From positions 1 through 58,943 of the forward strand of contig JAUYBT010000144.1 of assembly GCA_030692905.1 (NCBI GenBank): a stretch of 58,943 nt of DNA, written 5' to 3'. The position numbers and the translations under genes are program-made. Of this stretch, positions 1 to 8,768 are shown piece after piece; the first letter of the stretch is position 1, and every line of letters begins with the position of its first letter. This DNA is from Bacteroidales bacterium (GTDB taxonomy: Bacteria > Bacteroidota > Bacteroidia > Bacteroidales > VadinHA17). A model generated the notes under the pieces. It worked only from the letters and a program-made list of their open reading frames with translations. It was not told where the DNA came from and did no database searches.

Positions 1-3000
1 TGCATCGCATTTTCTGCTGATTCCTTCGGTAAGGCGATCAACCCGCTAAGATCAAGATTTCTGATCTTCCAGTGATTAACTTCAGGGTTTCTTTCCAGAA
101 GATCAAACCGGCCAATTATATCATCCATTTTTCTGTAACCCAATTCGGCGAGGTGTTCACGCACCTCTTCTGCTAAAAAGTGGAAAAATGTCACAAGGTT
201 GTCGGCTTTTCCTTTGAACCGTTTTCTGAGTTCGGGATTCTGGGTCGCCACTCCGACAGGACAGGTATTGAGATGACATTTGCGCATCATCACACAACCC
301 AGGACAATGAGAGCACTTGTTGAAAATCCAAATTCCTCGGCTCCCATTAATGCTGTCATTATCACATCCTTTCCGCTCTTCAATTGGCCATCGGCCTGGA
401 GGATCACTTTCCTGCGCAGGTTATTCATTACAAGAGTTTGTTGTGATTCTGTAAGACCCAGCTCAAGGGGCAATCCGGCATGTTTAATTGATGACGATGG
501 GCTGGCACCCGTTCCCCCTTCATAACCACTAATCGTGATAAGGTCGGCACCAGCTTTGGTAACGCCGGCAGCTATTGTTCCAACCCCACTCTCTGAAACC
601 AGTTTCACACTGATTTTTGCTTTAGGATTGACATTCTTCAGGTCGAAGATAAGTTGCGAAAGATCTTCAATTGAATAGATATCATGGTGTGGTGGTGGAG
701 AGATAAGCGTAATACCTGGTATTGAATATCTTGTTTTGGCAATAATCTTATCAACCTTATGTCCGGGTAGCTGTCCGCCCTCTCCGGGTTTTGCCCCCTG
801 GGCAATTTTAATCTGTATCTCATCAGCATTAACAAGGTATTCTGTCGTTACCCCAAAACGGCCGCTTGCTACCTGCTTGATGGAGCTTCTTACACTGTCG
901 CCGTTTTCGAGTGGTTTGAACCGTACCGGATCCTCGCCACCTTCGCCGGTGTTGCTACGGCCACCAATACGGTTCATTGCGATAGCGATTGTTTCATGAG
1001 CTTCACGGCTGATGGAACCATAAGACATTGCCCCTGTAACAAACCGCTTCATAATCCGCTCTGCAGGTTCAACCTCATCAAGAGAGATTGGATTAGTTTT
1101 CATTCTTAACAAGCCTCGTATAAAACCAGGGCTTGCTGTATCGTCATTCACCCGCTTGCTGTATTCTTTGAACTTATTGTAATCACCTGTTTTAGTGCTC
1201 CATTGAAGCAATGAAATGGTTTCCGGGTTCCATGCATGATGTTCTCCATATTTTCGGTAAGAATAGATTCCTTCGGTAAATATTTCGGATTGTTGTTCCT
1301 CAATAAAAGCTTTCCTGTGTGGGATCAAAACCTCCTCGGCTATCTCGTTCATTCCGATACCCTCAATTCTTGAGATTGTACCGGTAAAGTATTTATTAAT
1401 TACATCAGAGTGAATGCCAACAGCTTCGAATATCTGAGATGACCGGTAACTCCTGAGTGTACTGATCCCCATTTTTGACATTATCTTAAGGATTCCCTTA
1501 TTGACAGCATGAACATAGTTCTCTTCTGCTTTCTGATAATCGAGCTGGATTGCCTTCTCTTTCACAAGTTTGTCAATGATAGCAAAGCACATATAGGGAT
1601 TAATAATGCTTGCTCCATAGCCGAAAAGAAGGGCAAAGTGCATTACCTCACGGGGTTCTGCAGATTCCACAACAATGTCGATCTGCATCCTTTTGCGTTT
1701 TTTAATCAGGTGGTGATGCACGGCAGATACAGCCAGTAAAGATGGTATTGGTGCAATGTTTTCATTTATATCGCGGTCGGAAAGGATGATATAATTTTTC
1801 CCTTCATCAACAGCTCTTTCTGCATCAATACATAATTGTTCCACAGCGCTTTGCAAGCCTTCAGCGCCTTTAAGGGCATCAAAATGCAATAACAGGTTTG
1901 CAGCTGAAAATCCTTTATATCTTAAGTTTTTAACTACCTGGAAGTAGGTATTGGATATAACAGGATTTCTGAACCGCACCATTTTAACGTGATCGGGTGA
2001 TGTTTCAAGAAGGTTCTGTTGCAACGAACCCAGATAACCTGAAAGAGTCATTACCAGCTCCTCCCTGATAGGATCGATTGGAGGGTTTGTCACCTGGGCA
2101 AACAACTGCTTGAAATAGTTAAACAATCTGTAGTGCTTTCTTGATAGAACAGCAACAGGTACATCGTTGCCCATTGAACCAATAGGCTCTTTTCCTGTAG
2201 CGGCCATCTCCCTGATAATCCTGTCAGTTTCCTCCATTGAGTAATTGAAGGAAGTTATATATTTATTATACTGATCTCCCATTTCAGGTGTCTCCTGGTG
2301 ACCTGTTTCAATCTCTTCGAGGTTAACCATGTTCTGCTGAATCCATTGTCCGTATGGAAATTCTCCGGCAAGTTTGGCCTTAAGTTCCTCATCATAAAAA
2401 ATCTTGCCGGCTTCGGTATCAACGAGGAGCATTTTTCCGGGTTTCAACCGTCCTTTTTCCCTTATCTCCTCAGGGGCAAAAGTCTGCACCCCGGCTTCTG
2501 ATCCCATAACAATCAGGTCATTTGTTGTTACAACATATCTCGATGGCCGGAGCCCGTTCCTGTCAAGCATTCCACCTATGTAACGGCCATCAGAAAATAT
2601 AAGTGAAGCAGGACCATCCCATGGTTCCAGAAAGGTTGAATGATAATGATAGAAAGCCCTTAATCCGGTGGAGATTGGATTCTTTGCATTTATTGATTCG
2701 GGAATAAGAACCGACATTGCATAGGGAAGTGATTTCCCGCTCATTATAAGAAATTCCAGCACATTATCGAGAGAGGCAGAATCACTCTTATCAGGTTCAA
2801 TAATCGGATATAATCTTGAGAGGTCGCCCAGCTTGTCGGATTTAAGAATTGATTCTCTTGCCTCCATCCAGAAGCGGTTGCCTTTGATTGTGTTGATCTC
2901 GCCGTTATGTCCAAGCATCCGAAAGGGTTGTGCAAGATCCCAACTTGGAAAGGTGTTGGTACTGAACCGGGAATGGACCAGGGCAATTGCACTCTGTAAT

Positions 3001-3647
3001 CTTTCATCATTCAGGTCGAGAAAGTACTCTCCAAGTTGCATTGATGTCAGCATGCCTTTATATACAAGTACTTTTGTAGAAAGACTCGGGATATAGAAAA
3101 AATTCTTTTGTTTAAGGTCCGAATTACGGATCATATTTTCAGTCCGTTTCCTGATAATATATAATTTACGTTCCAGATCTTCCTGAGGAATATCGGCTCC
3201 TATAAGAATTTGCAGGATATCGGGTTCAGCAGCACGGGATATTTCACCAATGACGGAGTTATTGCGTGGTACATCGCGAAAACCAATCAGATTGACTTCT
3301 TCTTCCCTGATAATATTGAGAAGGATCTCCCGGCACTTTGTTGCATCAGAACTATCCTGGGGAAAGAATACAAGGCCTGTTCCAAACTGACCTGCGGGAG
3401 GGAGTGAAAAGCCCTGAATGAGGTAAAAATCACGCGGAACCTGTATCAGCACACCTGCCCCATCGCCTGTTTTACTGTCGGCTCCTTCTGCACCCCTATG
3501 TGTCATGTTTGCGAGTATATCAAGTCCCTGCCTGATAATGGAATGAGATTTTTTCCCTTTCAGATGTGCAACAAATCCGATTCCGCAATTCTCATGCTCA
3601 AACTCCTGCCGGTACAATCCCTGCTGTTGTGGCCGTTCTGTTTTCAT
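1..3647 (-). CDS. gltB: glutamate synthase large subunit, N-terminal ~1215 codons (3' end runs off the left edge of the window)
   Basis: Absent from the ORF track because it has no in-window stop. My translation of the minus strand from ATG 3647-3645 gives [35 protein letters not shown] (Ntn-amidotransferase Cys), then [31 protein letters not shown], then [27 protein letters not shown] (FMN domain). The frame was checked at 1681-1740 and 1-60 and stays open to base 1. Confidence 0.93.
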   Translation of the reverse strand, partial: MKTERPQQQGLYRQEFEHENCGIGFVAHLKGKKSHSIIRQGLDILANMTHRGAEGADSKTGDGAGVLIQVPRDFYLIQGFSLPPAGQFGTGLVFFPQDSSDATKCREILLNIIREEEVNLIGFRDVPRNNSVIGEISRAAEPDILQILIGADIPQEDLERKLYIIRKRTENMIRNSDLKQKNFFYIPSLSTKVLVYKGMLTSMQLGEYFLDLNDERLQSAIALVHSRFSTNTFPSWDLAQPFRMLGHNGEINTIKGNRFWMEARESILKSDKLGDLSRLYPIIEPDKSDSASLDNVLEFLIMSGKSLPYAMSVLIPESINAKNPISTGLRAFYHYHSTFLEPWDGPASLIFSDGRYIGGMLDRNGLRPSRYVVTTNDLIVMGSEAGVQTFAPEEIREKGRLKPGKMLLVDTEAGKIFYDEELKAKLAGEFPYGQWIQQNMVNLEEIETGHQETPEMGDQYNKYITSFNYSMEETDRIIREMAATGKEPIGSMGNDVPVAVLSRKHYRLFNYFKQLFAQVTNPPIDPIREELVMTLSGYLGSLQQNLLETSPDHVKMVRFRNPVISNTYFQVVKNLRYKGFSAANLLLHFDALKGAEGLQSAVEQLCIDAERAVDEGKNYIILSDRDINENIAPIPSLLAVSAVHHHLIKKRKRMQIDIVVESAEPREVMHFALLFGYGASIINPYMCFAIIDKLVKEKAIQLDYQKAEENYVHAVNKGILKIMSKMGISTLRSYRSSQIFEAVGIHSDVINKYFTGTISRIEGIGMNEIAEEVLIPHRKAFIEEQQSEIFTEGIYSYRKYGEHHAWNPETISLLQWSTKTGDYNKFKEYSKRVNDDTASPGFIRGLLRMKTNPISLDEVEPAERIMKRFVTGAMSYGSISREAHETIAIAMNRIGGRSNTGEGGEDPVRFKPLENGDSVRSSIKQVASGRFGVTTEYLVNADEIQIKIAQGAKPGEGGQLPGHKVDKIIAKTRYSIPGITLISPPPHHDIYSIEDLSQLIFDLKNVNPKAKISVKLVSESGVGTIAAGVTKAGADLITISGYEGGTGASPSSSIKHAGLPLELGLTESQQTLVMNNLRRKVILQADGQLKSGKDVIMTALMGAEEFGFSTSALIVLGCVMMRKCHLNTCPVGVATQNPELRKRFKGKADNLVTFFHFLAEEVREHLAELGYRKMDDIIGRFDLLERNPEVNHWKIRNLDLSGLIALPKESAENAM

Positions 3648-3684
3648 AATATTTACCTTACGTTTCTTTCTCTGCTTTTTATAC

Positions 3685-3718
3685 AAAAAAACCGTTCTCT
3701 GTTTTTCCAGAGAACGGT
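3685..3718 (-). terminator. intrinsic terminator-like hairpin inside the gltB 5' leader
   Basis: Perfect 11-bp stem, 3691-3701 ACCGTTCTCTG paired with 3708-3718 CAGAGAACGGT, with a 6-nt loop. On the minus strand it is followed by a T7 run (plus-strand A-run 3685-3690). It ends about 38 nt upstream of the gltB ATG. Confidence 0.6.
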
Positions 3719-4098
3719 CATCCCTAATCCGATACCAATTACCATTCTCATTCAGTTCCAATTAACCTTTTAATGAGGCGTAATGATAAGTTGGATTTAA
3801 AACTATTCATTTATGTTAACATTTACCGACAAATATATTACTTATTCTTACAAATTATCACAAATGTGAATAAAAATATTAATAAATAGTAACAGAAATA
3901 TTTAATGAAAGCCCATCAGAACTAAACATTCCAGCATCTTTTATTGTTCCCGTATATGGTGAACTCAGATGGCTCAAGATAAGGAGACAGGCAGGTTATT
4001 TTAATATGCACGAGTTATCAAATTCTGAAAATGTAATAGGTATTGGATGTTTTTTTCTATATTTGAAATACCTTTTTATTAACTTAAAATATAAAGCC

Positions 4099-4212
4099 AT
4101 GTCACACGAAAAAGCTAAAGAACAGACGAAGAACAAGAAAGAGCCGACGAAAAATCTGAAAGAAAAACGCGCTGCTAAAAAAGCTAAAAAAGAAGAAAAA
4201 AAGAGACAATAA
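4099..4212 (+). CDS. 37-aa lysine-rich small basic protein (hypothetical)
   Basis: Internal ATG of track ORF 4006..4212 gives MSHEKAKEQTKNKKEPTKNLKEKRAAKKAKKEEKKRQ. A TATATTTG (-7-like TAnnTTTG) box lies at 4058-4065, and a strong hairpin follows the stop directly. Confidence 0.45.
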   Translation: MSHEKAKEQTKNKKEPTKNLKEKRAAKKAKKEEKKRQ

Positions 4213-4237
4213 AAAAGCCCCGACTCGCGGGGCTTTG
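4211..4237. terminator. bidirectional intrinsic terminator between convergent genes
   Basis: AAAAAAGCCCCG-ACTCG-CGGGGCTTTG: a GC-rich 7-bp stem flanked by an A-run on one side and a T-run on the other. It sits between the small basic ORF (+) and csp (-). Confidence 0.8.
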
Positions 4238-4261
4238 AATAATAAATCTTTGTATAGATAA

Positions 4262-4453
4262 CTAAGCTAGTCTTACGTCTACTGCATTAATTCCTTTTTT
4301 GCCTTCCTGAAGTTCAAATGTAACTTCATCATTCTCTTTAATCTGATCTTTCAGACCAGATACGTGTACAAAATATTCATTATCCGAATCTGCATCTTTA
4401 ATGAATCCGAATCCTTTTGATACATTAAAAAATTTAACTGTTCCTTTGTTCAT
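4262..4453 (-). CDS. csp: cold-shock protein (CspA family, single CSD)
   Basis: 63 aa, MNKGTVKFFNVSKGFGFIKD...YFVHVSGL, with RNP1/RNP2-like motifs KGFGFI and FVH. Confidence 0.95.
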   Translation of the reverse strand: MNKGTVKFFNVSKGFGFIKDADSDNEYFVHVSGLKDQIKENDEVTFELQEGKKGINAVDVRLA

Positions 4454-4617
4454 TTTATTCTGTTTTTAAAATTAGTGCCGCAAGCTACGTAATAAATTTG
4501 AATTAATCCAAATTATTTTATAGTAATCTGATATTTAATTGATTTATTCAGATAATGTGATATCATTCTGTCACCAATAAAAATATTTCTACTTTTATCG
4601 CCTGAATAATAAATAAT

Positions 4618-6273
4618 ATGAAAAGACTTCTTCTTATCGGTTTAGCTATTTACCTATCGGGTCCGCAGGCATTCAGTCAGGAGAAATTTCAGACCATAGC
4701 TGAAAAATCGGATTATAAATCCACATCAGACTATGAGGATGTAATGATCTTTATTGATCAGTTGAAAAAGTCATCCGACTATATCAGAGTTGAGAATATT
4801 GCTACTTCCGTTGAGGGACGGGAAATCCCTCTGTTGATAATCGGAAACCCTTTGCCAAAGTCGCCGAAGGACCTTGCAAATGACAAAAGGATTGTAGTAT
4901 ATGTGCAGGCAAATATTCATGCCGGAGAAGTTGAGGGTAAAGAGGCCACATTAATGTTTGCCAGGGATCTGCTTAAAGATAAAAACCCCGGACTCTTTGA
5001 AAATGTAGTTTTGCTTATCTGTCCTCTGTTTAATCCTGATGGAAACGAGAAGATCAATCCCCTTAACAGGACCAATCAGAATGGCCCTGTCAATGGTGTC
5101 GGAGTGAGATATAATGGTCAGTTCCTCGATCTGAACCGCGATGCCATGAAGGCTGAATCACCCGAAGTGAAAGGGGTATTAACCAATGTTTTTAACCGCT
5201 GGGATCCGTCTGTTTTTATGGATTGCCATACAACAAACGGATCGTATCATGTGGAACCGGTGACTTTCACATGGATGGTGAATCCTAATGGTGATAACTC
5301 ATTGATATCTTATATGCGCGATAAGATGATGCCGGAAATGTCGAAGACACTTTTTAGTAAGCATAAAGTTGAAAACTGTTTTTATGGTGAATTCTACGAT
5401 ATGATGGATCCGGAAAAAGGCTGGGTCCTCGATGCTTCCGAACCCCGCTACATGAGCAACTATTCCGGTATCCGGAACAGACTGGGGATCCTTAATGAAA
5501 ATTATGTTTATTCCGATTTCAGGTCACGCGTTCTTGGTTGCTATTATTTAATCAATTCTTTACTTGATTATGCATCAACTCATAATGCCGAAATTCTAAA
5601 CCTGTTAAAGGATGTTGATAGCAGGACAATTGCCCGTGGAATAAGTCCTGCTGTAACCGATTCGTTTGCAGTAGAATACAAGGTAAGGCCTGCTCCGGAA
5701 AAGGTGACTGTGAAGACATTTGAGGCAGATCTTGTTACCGATGCAAACGGAAGAAGAAGTTATAAGAAGAGCGACAGGCAGAGGAATGTCACAATTCCTT
5801 ATTATATTGATTATTTCCCTACTAAAAGCGTCAGTTTCCCATTTGCTTACCTGGTAACTACCAGCGATCCGGAGATTATCGGTCTGCTCAGGATGCATGG
5901 CATCAAAATTGAAAAACTGACGAAAAATTCCAGAATAGAGGTTCTCCGCTTTGAAATCAGCGAACTGAAAGGAGCCGCAAGATTAAACCAGGGGCATTAT
6001 ACAAATACTGTTAAAGGTAGATATCTGAAGGAGACAATTGATTTTCCAGCCGGGACAATTGTAGTCAAAACAGCTCAGCCACTTGCTAATGTAGCAGCTT
6101 ATTTGCTTGAACCACAGTCAAATGATGGAATGTTGACATGGAATTTCTTTGACCGGTATCTTGTACCTCAATGGGGTATGGGATATAATCTGTTTCCTGT
6201 ATATAAGTTGATGGATAGGATTGATCTGAAAACAACTGAATTGAAGTATAGAGGGGGAGATTTGAATCCGTGA
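4618..6273 (+). CDS. secreted M14-family zinc carboxypeptidase
   Basis: N-terminal signal peptide (LLLIGLAIYLSGPQAFSQ). HxxE zinc motif in VQANIHAGEVEGKE. NPDG and LDLNRD motifs typical of M14 peptidases. Confidence 0.85.
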   Translation: MKRLLLIGLAIYLSGPQAFSQEKFQTIAEKSDYKSTSDYEDVMIFIDQLKKSSDYIRVENIATSVEGREIPLLIIGNPLPKSPKDLANDKRIVVYVQANIHAGEVEGKEATLMFARDLLKDKNPGLFENVVLLICPLFNPDGNEKINPLNRTNQNGPVNGVGVRYNGQFLDLNRDAMKAESPEVKGVLTNVFNRWDPSVFMDCHTTNGSYHVEPVTFTWMVNPNGDNSLISYMRDKMMPEMSKTLFSKHKVENCFYGEFYDMMDPEKGWVLDASEPRYMSNYSGIRNRLGILNENYVYSDFRSRVLGCYYLINSLLDYASTHNAEILNLLKDVDSRTIARGISPAVTDSFAVEYKVRPAPEKVTVKTFEADLVTDANGRRSYKKSDRQRNVTIPYYIDYFPTKSVSFPFAYLVTTSDPEIIGLLRMHGIKIEKLTKNSRIEVLRFEISELKGAARLNQGHYTNTVKGRYLKETIDFPAGTIVVKTAQPLANVAAYLLEPQSNDGMLTWNFFDRYLVPQWGMGYNLFPVYKLMDRIDLKTTELKYRGGDLNP

Positions 6274-6365
6274 AGCTCGGGAACTCCTTGGTTAAATGAA
6301 CAAACGAATGAAGAACAAACGAATGAAGAATTAAGAATTAAATCCGTGAACTCCTGGTAAAAAAA
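6265..6365. repeat. local direct duplication spanning the peptidase stop codon, with internal tandem units
   Basis: AATCCGTGAA...ACTCCT.GGT.AAA occurs at 6265-6297 and again at 6341-6362. Between the copies are GAACAAACGAATGAA x2 (6298-6312, 6313-6327) and GAATTAA x2 (6328-6341). Confidence 0.7.
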
Positions 6366-6390
6366 GAAGTCGGTAAATAAGGAAAGTAAA

Positions 6391-6436
6391 ACGGCACAAC
6401 GCTAAACGCTGAACACTCAACGCTTTTCAGTGCCGT
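6391..6436. repeat. heptamer tract (NAACGCT)x4 clamped by a 7-bp inverted repeat
   Basis: ACGGCAC (6391-6397) pairs with GTGCCGT (6430-6436). The enclosed sequence is CAACGCT AAACGCT GAACACT CAACGCT (6397-6424). Confidence 0.75.
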
Positions 6437-6650
6437 GTATATTTATCAAATACGGTGATTACCGGTAAAACATTTCCTTTTTCATCAAAAAAATCGCGTG
6501 TAGAACGGCCTCCCATAGTTCATGCTGTCGCAACCGGCATTTACTCCGTTGATTCCTGCCTGAACCAGTTCTGCGAAATTATCCCAGTTTGCAGGAATTC
6601 TTCCATCAGGCCATAACATCCCGTTGATCACCTCTATATAAATAATCAGA
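6430..6650 (-). pseudogene. possible frameshifted remnant of an unidentified gene
   Basis: Minus-strand reading EVINGMLWPDGRIPANWDNFAELVQAGINGVNAGCDSMNYGRPFYTRFF* continues plausibly in a shifted frame as GGRSTRDFFDEKGNVLPVITVFDKYTRH*. Each piece is below the 60-aa track cut-off. The family was not recognised. Confidence 0.3.
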
Positions 6651-6656
6651 AATACC

Positions 6657-6684
6657 GTAGTGACAGGTCGCGACCTGTCACTAC
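6657..6684. repeat. REP-like perfect 28-nt palindrome with GTAG head and CTAC tail
   Basis: GTAGTGACAGGTCG|CGACCTGTCACTAC, 14+14 nt perfectly self-complementary, intergenic upstream of speA. Confidence 0.7.
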
Positions 6685-6795
6685 TACGTTAATTTGATTT
6701 TATTAACATGAATTCATCTTATTTTAATAACATTGTAAAAAATACATTTTTTTCTAACCTTTGCGGGCTGATTTACTAAAGCAAAATAACTGATC

Positions 6796-8688
6796 ATGAG
6801 AAAATGGAGAGTTGAAGATTCAGCAGAATTATATAACATAAATGGTTGGGGTGTTGATTACTTTTCGATTAATGAGAAAGGGAATGTCATTGTCACCCCT
6901 CAAAAGAATGGTACTTCAGTTGATCTTAAAGATCTGCTTGATAAACTGATACTGTCGGATGTTTCCACCCCTGTACTGGTAAGGTTCCCGGATATACTGG
7001 ATGACCGGATCATCAGCATATCGAGGTGTTTTAAATCGGCTTCAGAGGAGTACGGGTACAAAGCTCAGAACTTCATTATCTATCCGATTAAAGTCAATCA
7101 GATGAGGCCTGTTGTTGAAGAGATAGTAAGTCACGGAAAAAAATTCAACATAGGACTGGAAGCCGGATCCAAGCCTGAACTTCATGCTGTGATTGCAATC
7201 AATACTGATCCTGAATCGCTTATTATCTGCAACGGGTATAAAGATGAAGATTACATTGAGCTTGCACTTCTGGCTCAGAAGATGGGGAAACGAATATTTC
7301 TTGTCGTTGAAAAGCTCAATGAACTAAAGCTTATCACAACCATTGCTAAACGTCTGAAGATTAAGCCAAATCTTGGTATCAGGATTAAGCTTGCAAGTGT
7401 TGGAAGCGGAAAATGGGAGGATTCAGGAGGAGATATCAGCAAATTTGGTCTGACATCGAGTGAACTGCTTGAAGCAATCGATTTCATTGAGAAAAACAAA
7501 ATGAGAGATTGTGTCAAACTGATCCATTTTCATATCGGGAGTCAGGTTACAAAAATACGCCGGATAAAAATAGCGTTGCGCGAGGCTTCCCAATTTTATA
7601 TTCAGCTTCGTAAACTGGGCTTTAATGTGGAGTTTGTAGATATCGGGGGTGGTCTTGGTGTTGATTATGACGGAACGGGGTCATCAAACAGCGAAAGCAG
7701 TGTTAATTATACTATACAGGAGTATGTAAATGACTCCATAAGCACATTTGTTGATGCAAGCAATAAAAACAATATTCCACATCCGAATATCATTACCGAG
7801 TCAGGCCGGTCACTTACTGCCCATCATTCCGTGCTGATATTTGAGGTTCTTGAAACTACAACTCTTCCTTCATGGGATGCTGAAGACCTTATTAATGAAC
7901 ATGACCATGAACTTGTGAAAGAACTTTACCTGTTATGGGATAACTTTAATCAGTCAAGAATGCTTGAGACTTGGCACGATGCCCAGCAGATCAGGGAAGA
8001 GGCTCTTGACAGATTTAGTTTTGGACTTGTTGATCTGAAAACACGGGCTCAGATTGAACGGCTGTTCTGGTCCATCGCACGGAAAGTTTATCATATGGCC
8101 AATGTAACGAAGCATGTGCCGGAAGAGTTGCGCCAGATATCCAGGATACTGTCTGACAAATATTTCTGTAATTTTTCACTTTTCCAATCACTTCCTGATG
8201 CATGGGCAATAGATCAGATATTCCCGATAATGCCCATTCACAGACTTAATGAGGAACCTTTACGAAATGCCACAATCCAGGATATGACCTGCGATTCTGA
8301 TGGTAAGATTGACAACTTTATTTCAACACGCAATTCATCACACCATCTCCCGGTTCACTCTTTAAAAGGGAAAGAGCCATATTATCTGGGTGTGTTCCTT
8401 GTAGGAGCATACCAGGAGATACTAGGTGACCTTCACAACCTGTTTGGTGATACAAATGTTGTGCATGTTTCAGTTGATGATAATGGATACAAGATCGACC
8501 AGGTAATTGACGGAGAGACTGTTGCAGAAGTGCTGGAATATGTGCAGTACAACTCTAAAAAGATGGTGAGAACGGTTGAATCGTGGGTTACATCCTCTGT
8601 TAAGACCGGTATTATCACACTGGAGGAGGGTAAAGAGTTTCTTTCAAATTACCGTTCCGGTCTGTATGGATACACTTATCTGGAATAA
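6796..8688 (+). CDS. speA: biosynthetic arginine decarboxylase
   Basis: 630 aa. The N-terminus MRKWRVEDSAELYNINGWGVDYFSINEKGNV is characteristic of SpeA, and fold-III PLP decarboxylase regions are present (HFHIGSQ, GGGLGVDYDG). Confidence 0.93.
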   Translation: MRKWRVEDSAELYNINGWGVDYFSINEKGNVIVTPQKNGTSVDLKDLLDKLILSDVSTPVLVRFPDILDDRIISISRCFKSASEEYGYKAQNFIIYPIKVNQMRPVVEEIVSHGKKFNIGLEAGSKPELHAVIAINTDPESLIICNGYKDEDYIELALLAQKMGKRIFLVVEKLNELKLITTIAKRLKIKPNLGIRIKLASVGSGKWEDSGGDISKFGLTSSELLEAIDFIEKNKMRDCVKLIHFHIGSQVTKIRRIKIALREASQFYIQLRKLGFNVEFVDIGGGLGVDYDGTGSSNSESSVNYTIQEYVNDSISTFVDASNKNNIPHPNIITESGRSLTAHHSVLIFEVLETTTLPSWDAEDLINEHDHELVKELYLLWDNFNQSRMLETWHDAQQIREEALDRFSFGLVDLKTRAQIERLFWSIARKVYHMANVTKHVPEELRQISRILSDKYFCNFSLFQSLPDAWAIDQIFPIMPIHRLNEEPLRNATIQDMTCDSDGKIDNFISTRNSSHHLPVHSLKGKEPYYLGVFLVGAYQEILGDLHNLFGDTNVVHVSVDDNGYKIDQVIDGETVAEVLEYVQYNSKKMVRTVESWVTSSVKTGIITLEEGKEFLSNYRSGLYGYTYLE

Positions 8689-8768
8689 CAGGAAGGACTA
8701 ATTTTTATAGTTTTATCCCTTCAAAAATTTATTTGATCCATTCAGATCAGATTATGTGAAGCTAATGA

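Noticed and set aside
280-3773. Track ORFs 280..525, 638..835, 736..999, 1509..1739, 2298..2501, 2744..3010, 2833..3096, 3210..3407 and 3498..3773.
   Set aside because: All lie inside, or antisense to, the continuous gltB reading frame (minus strand, 1-3647). Their sequences are low-complexity shadow-frame translations.
3720-3790. 32-codon minus-strand uORF ([32 protein letters not shown]) ending 9 nt before the gltB ATG, as a possible leader peptide.
   Set aside because: Its coding sequence is largely the terminator hairpin and T-run themselves. It has no enrichment of a regulatory amino acid and there is no independent support. It is kept only as a note under the leader-terminator finding.
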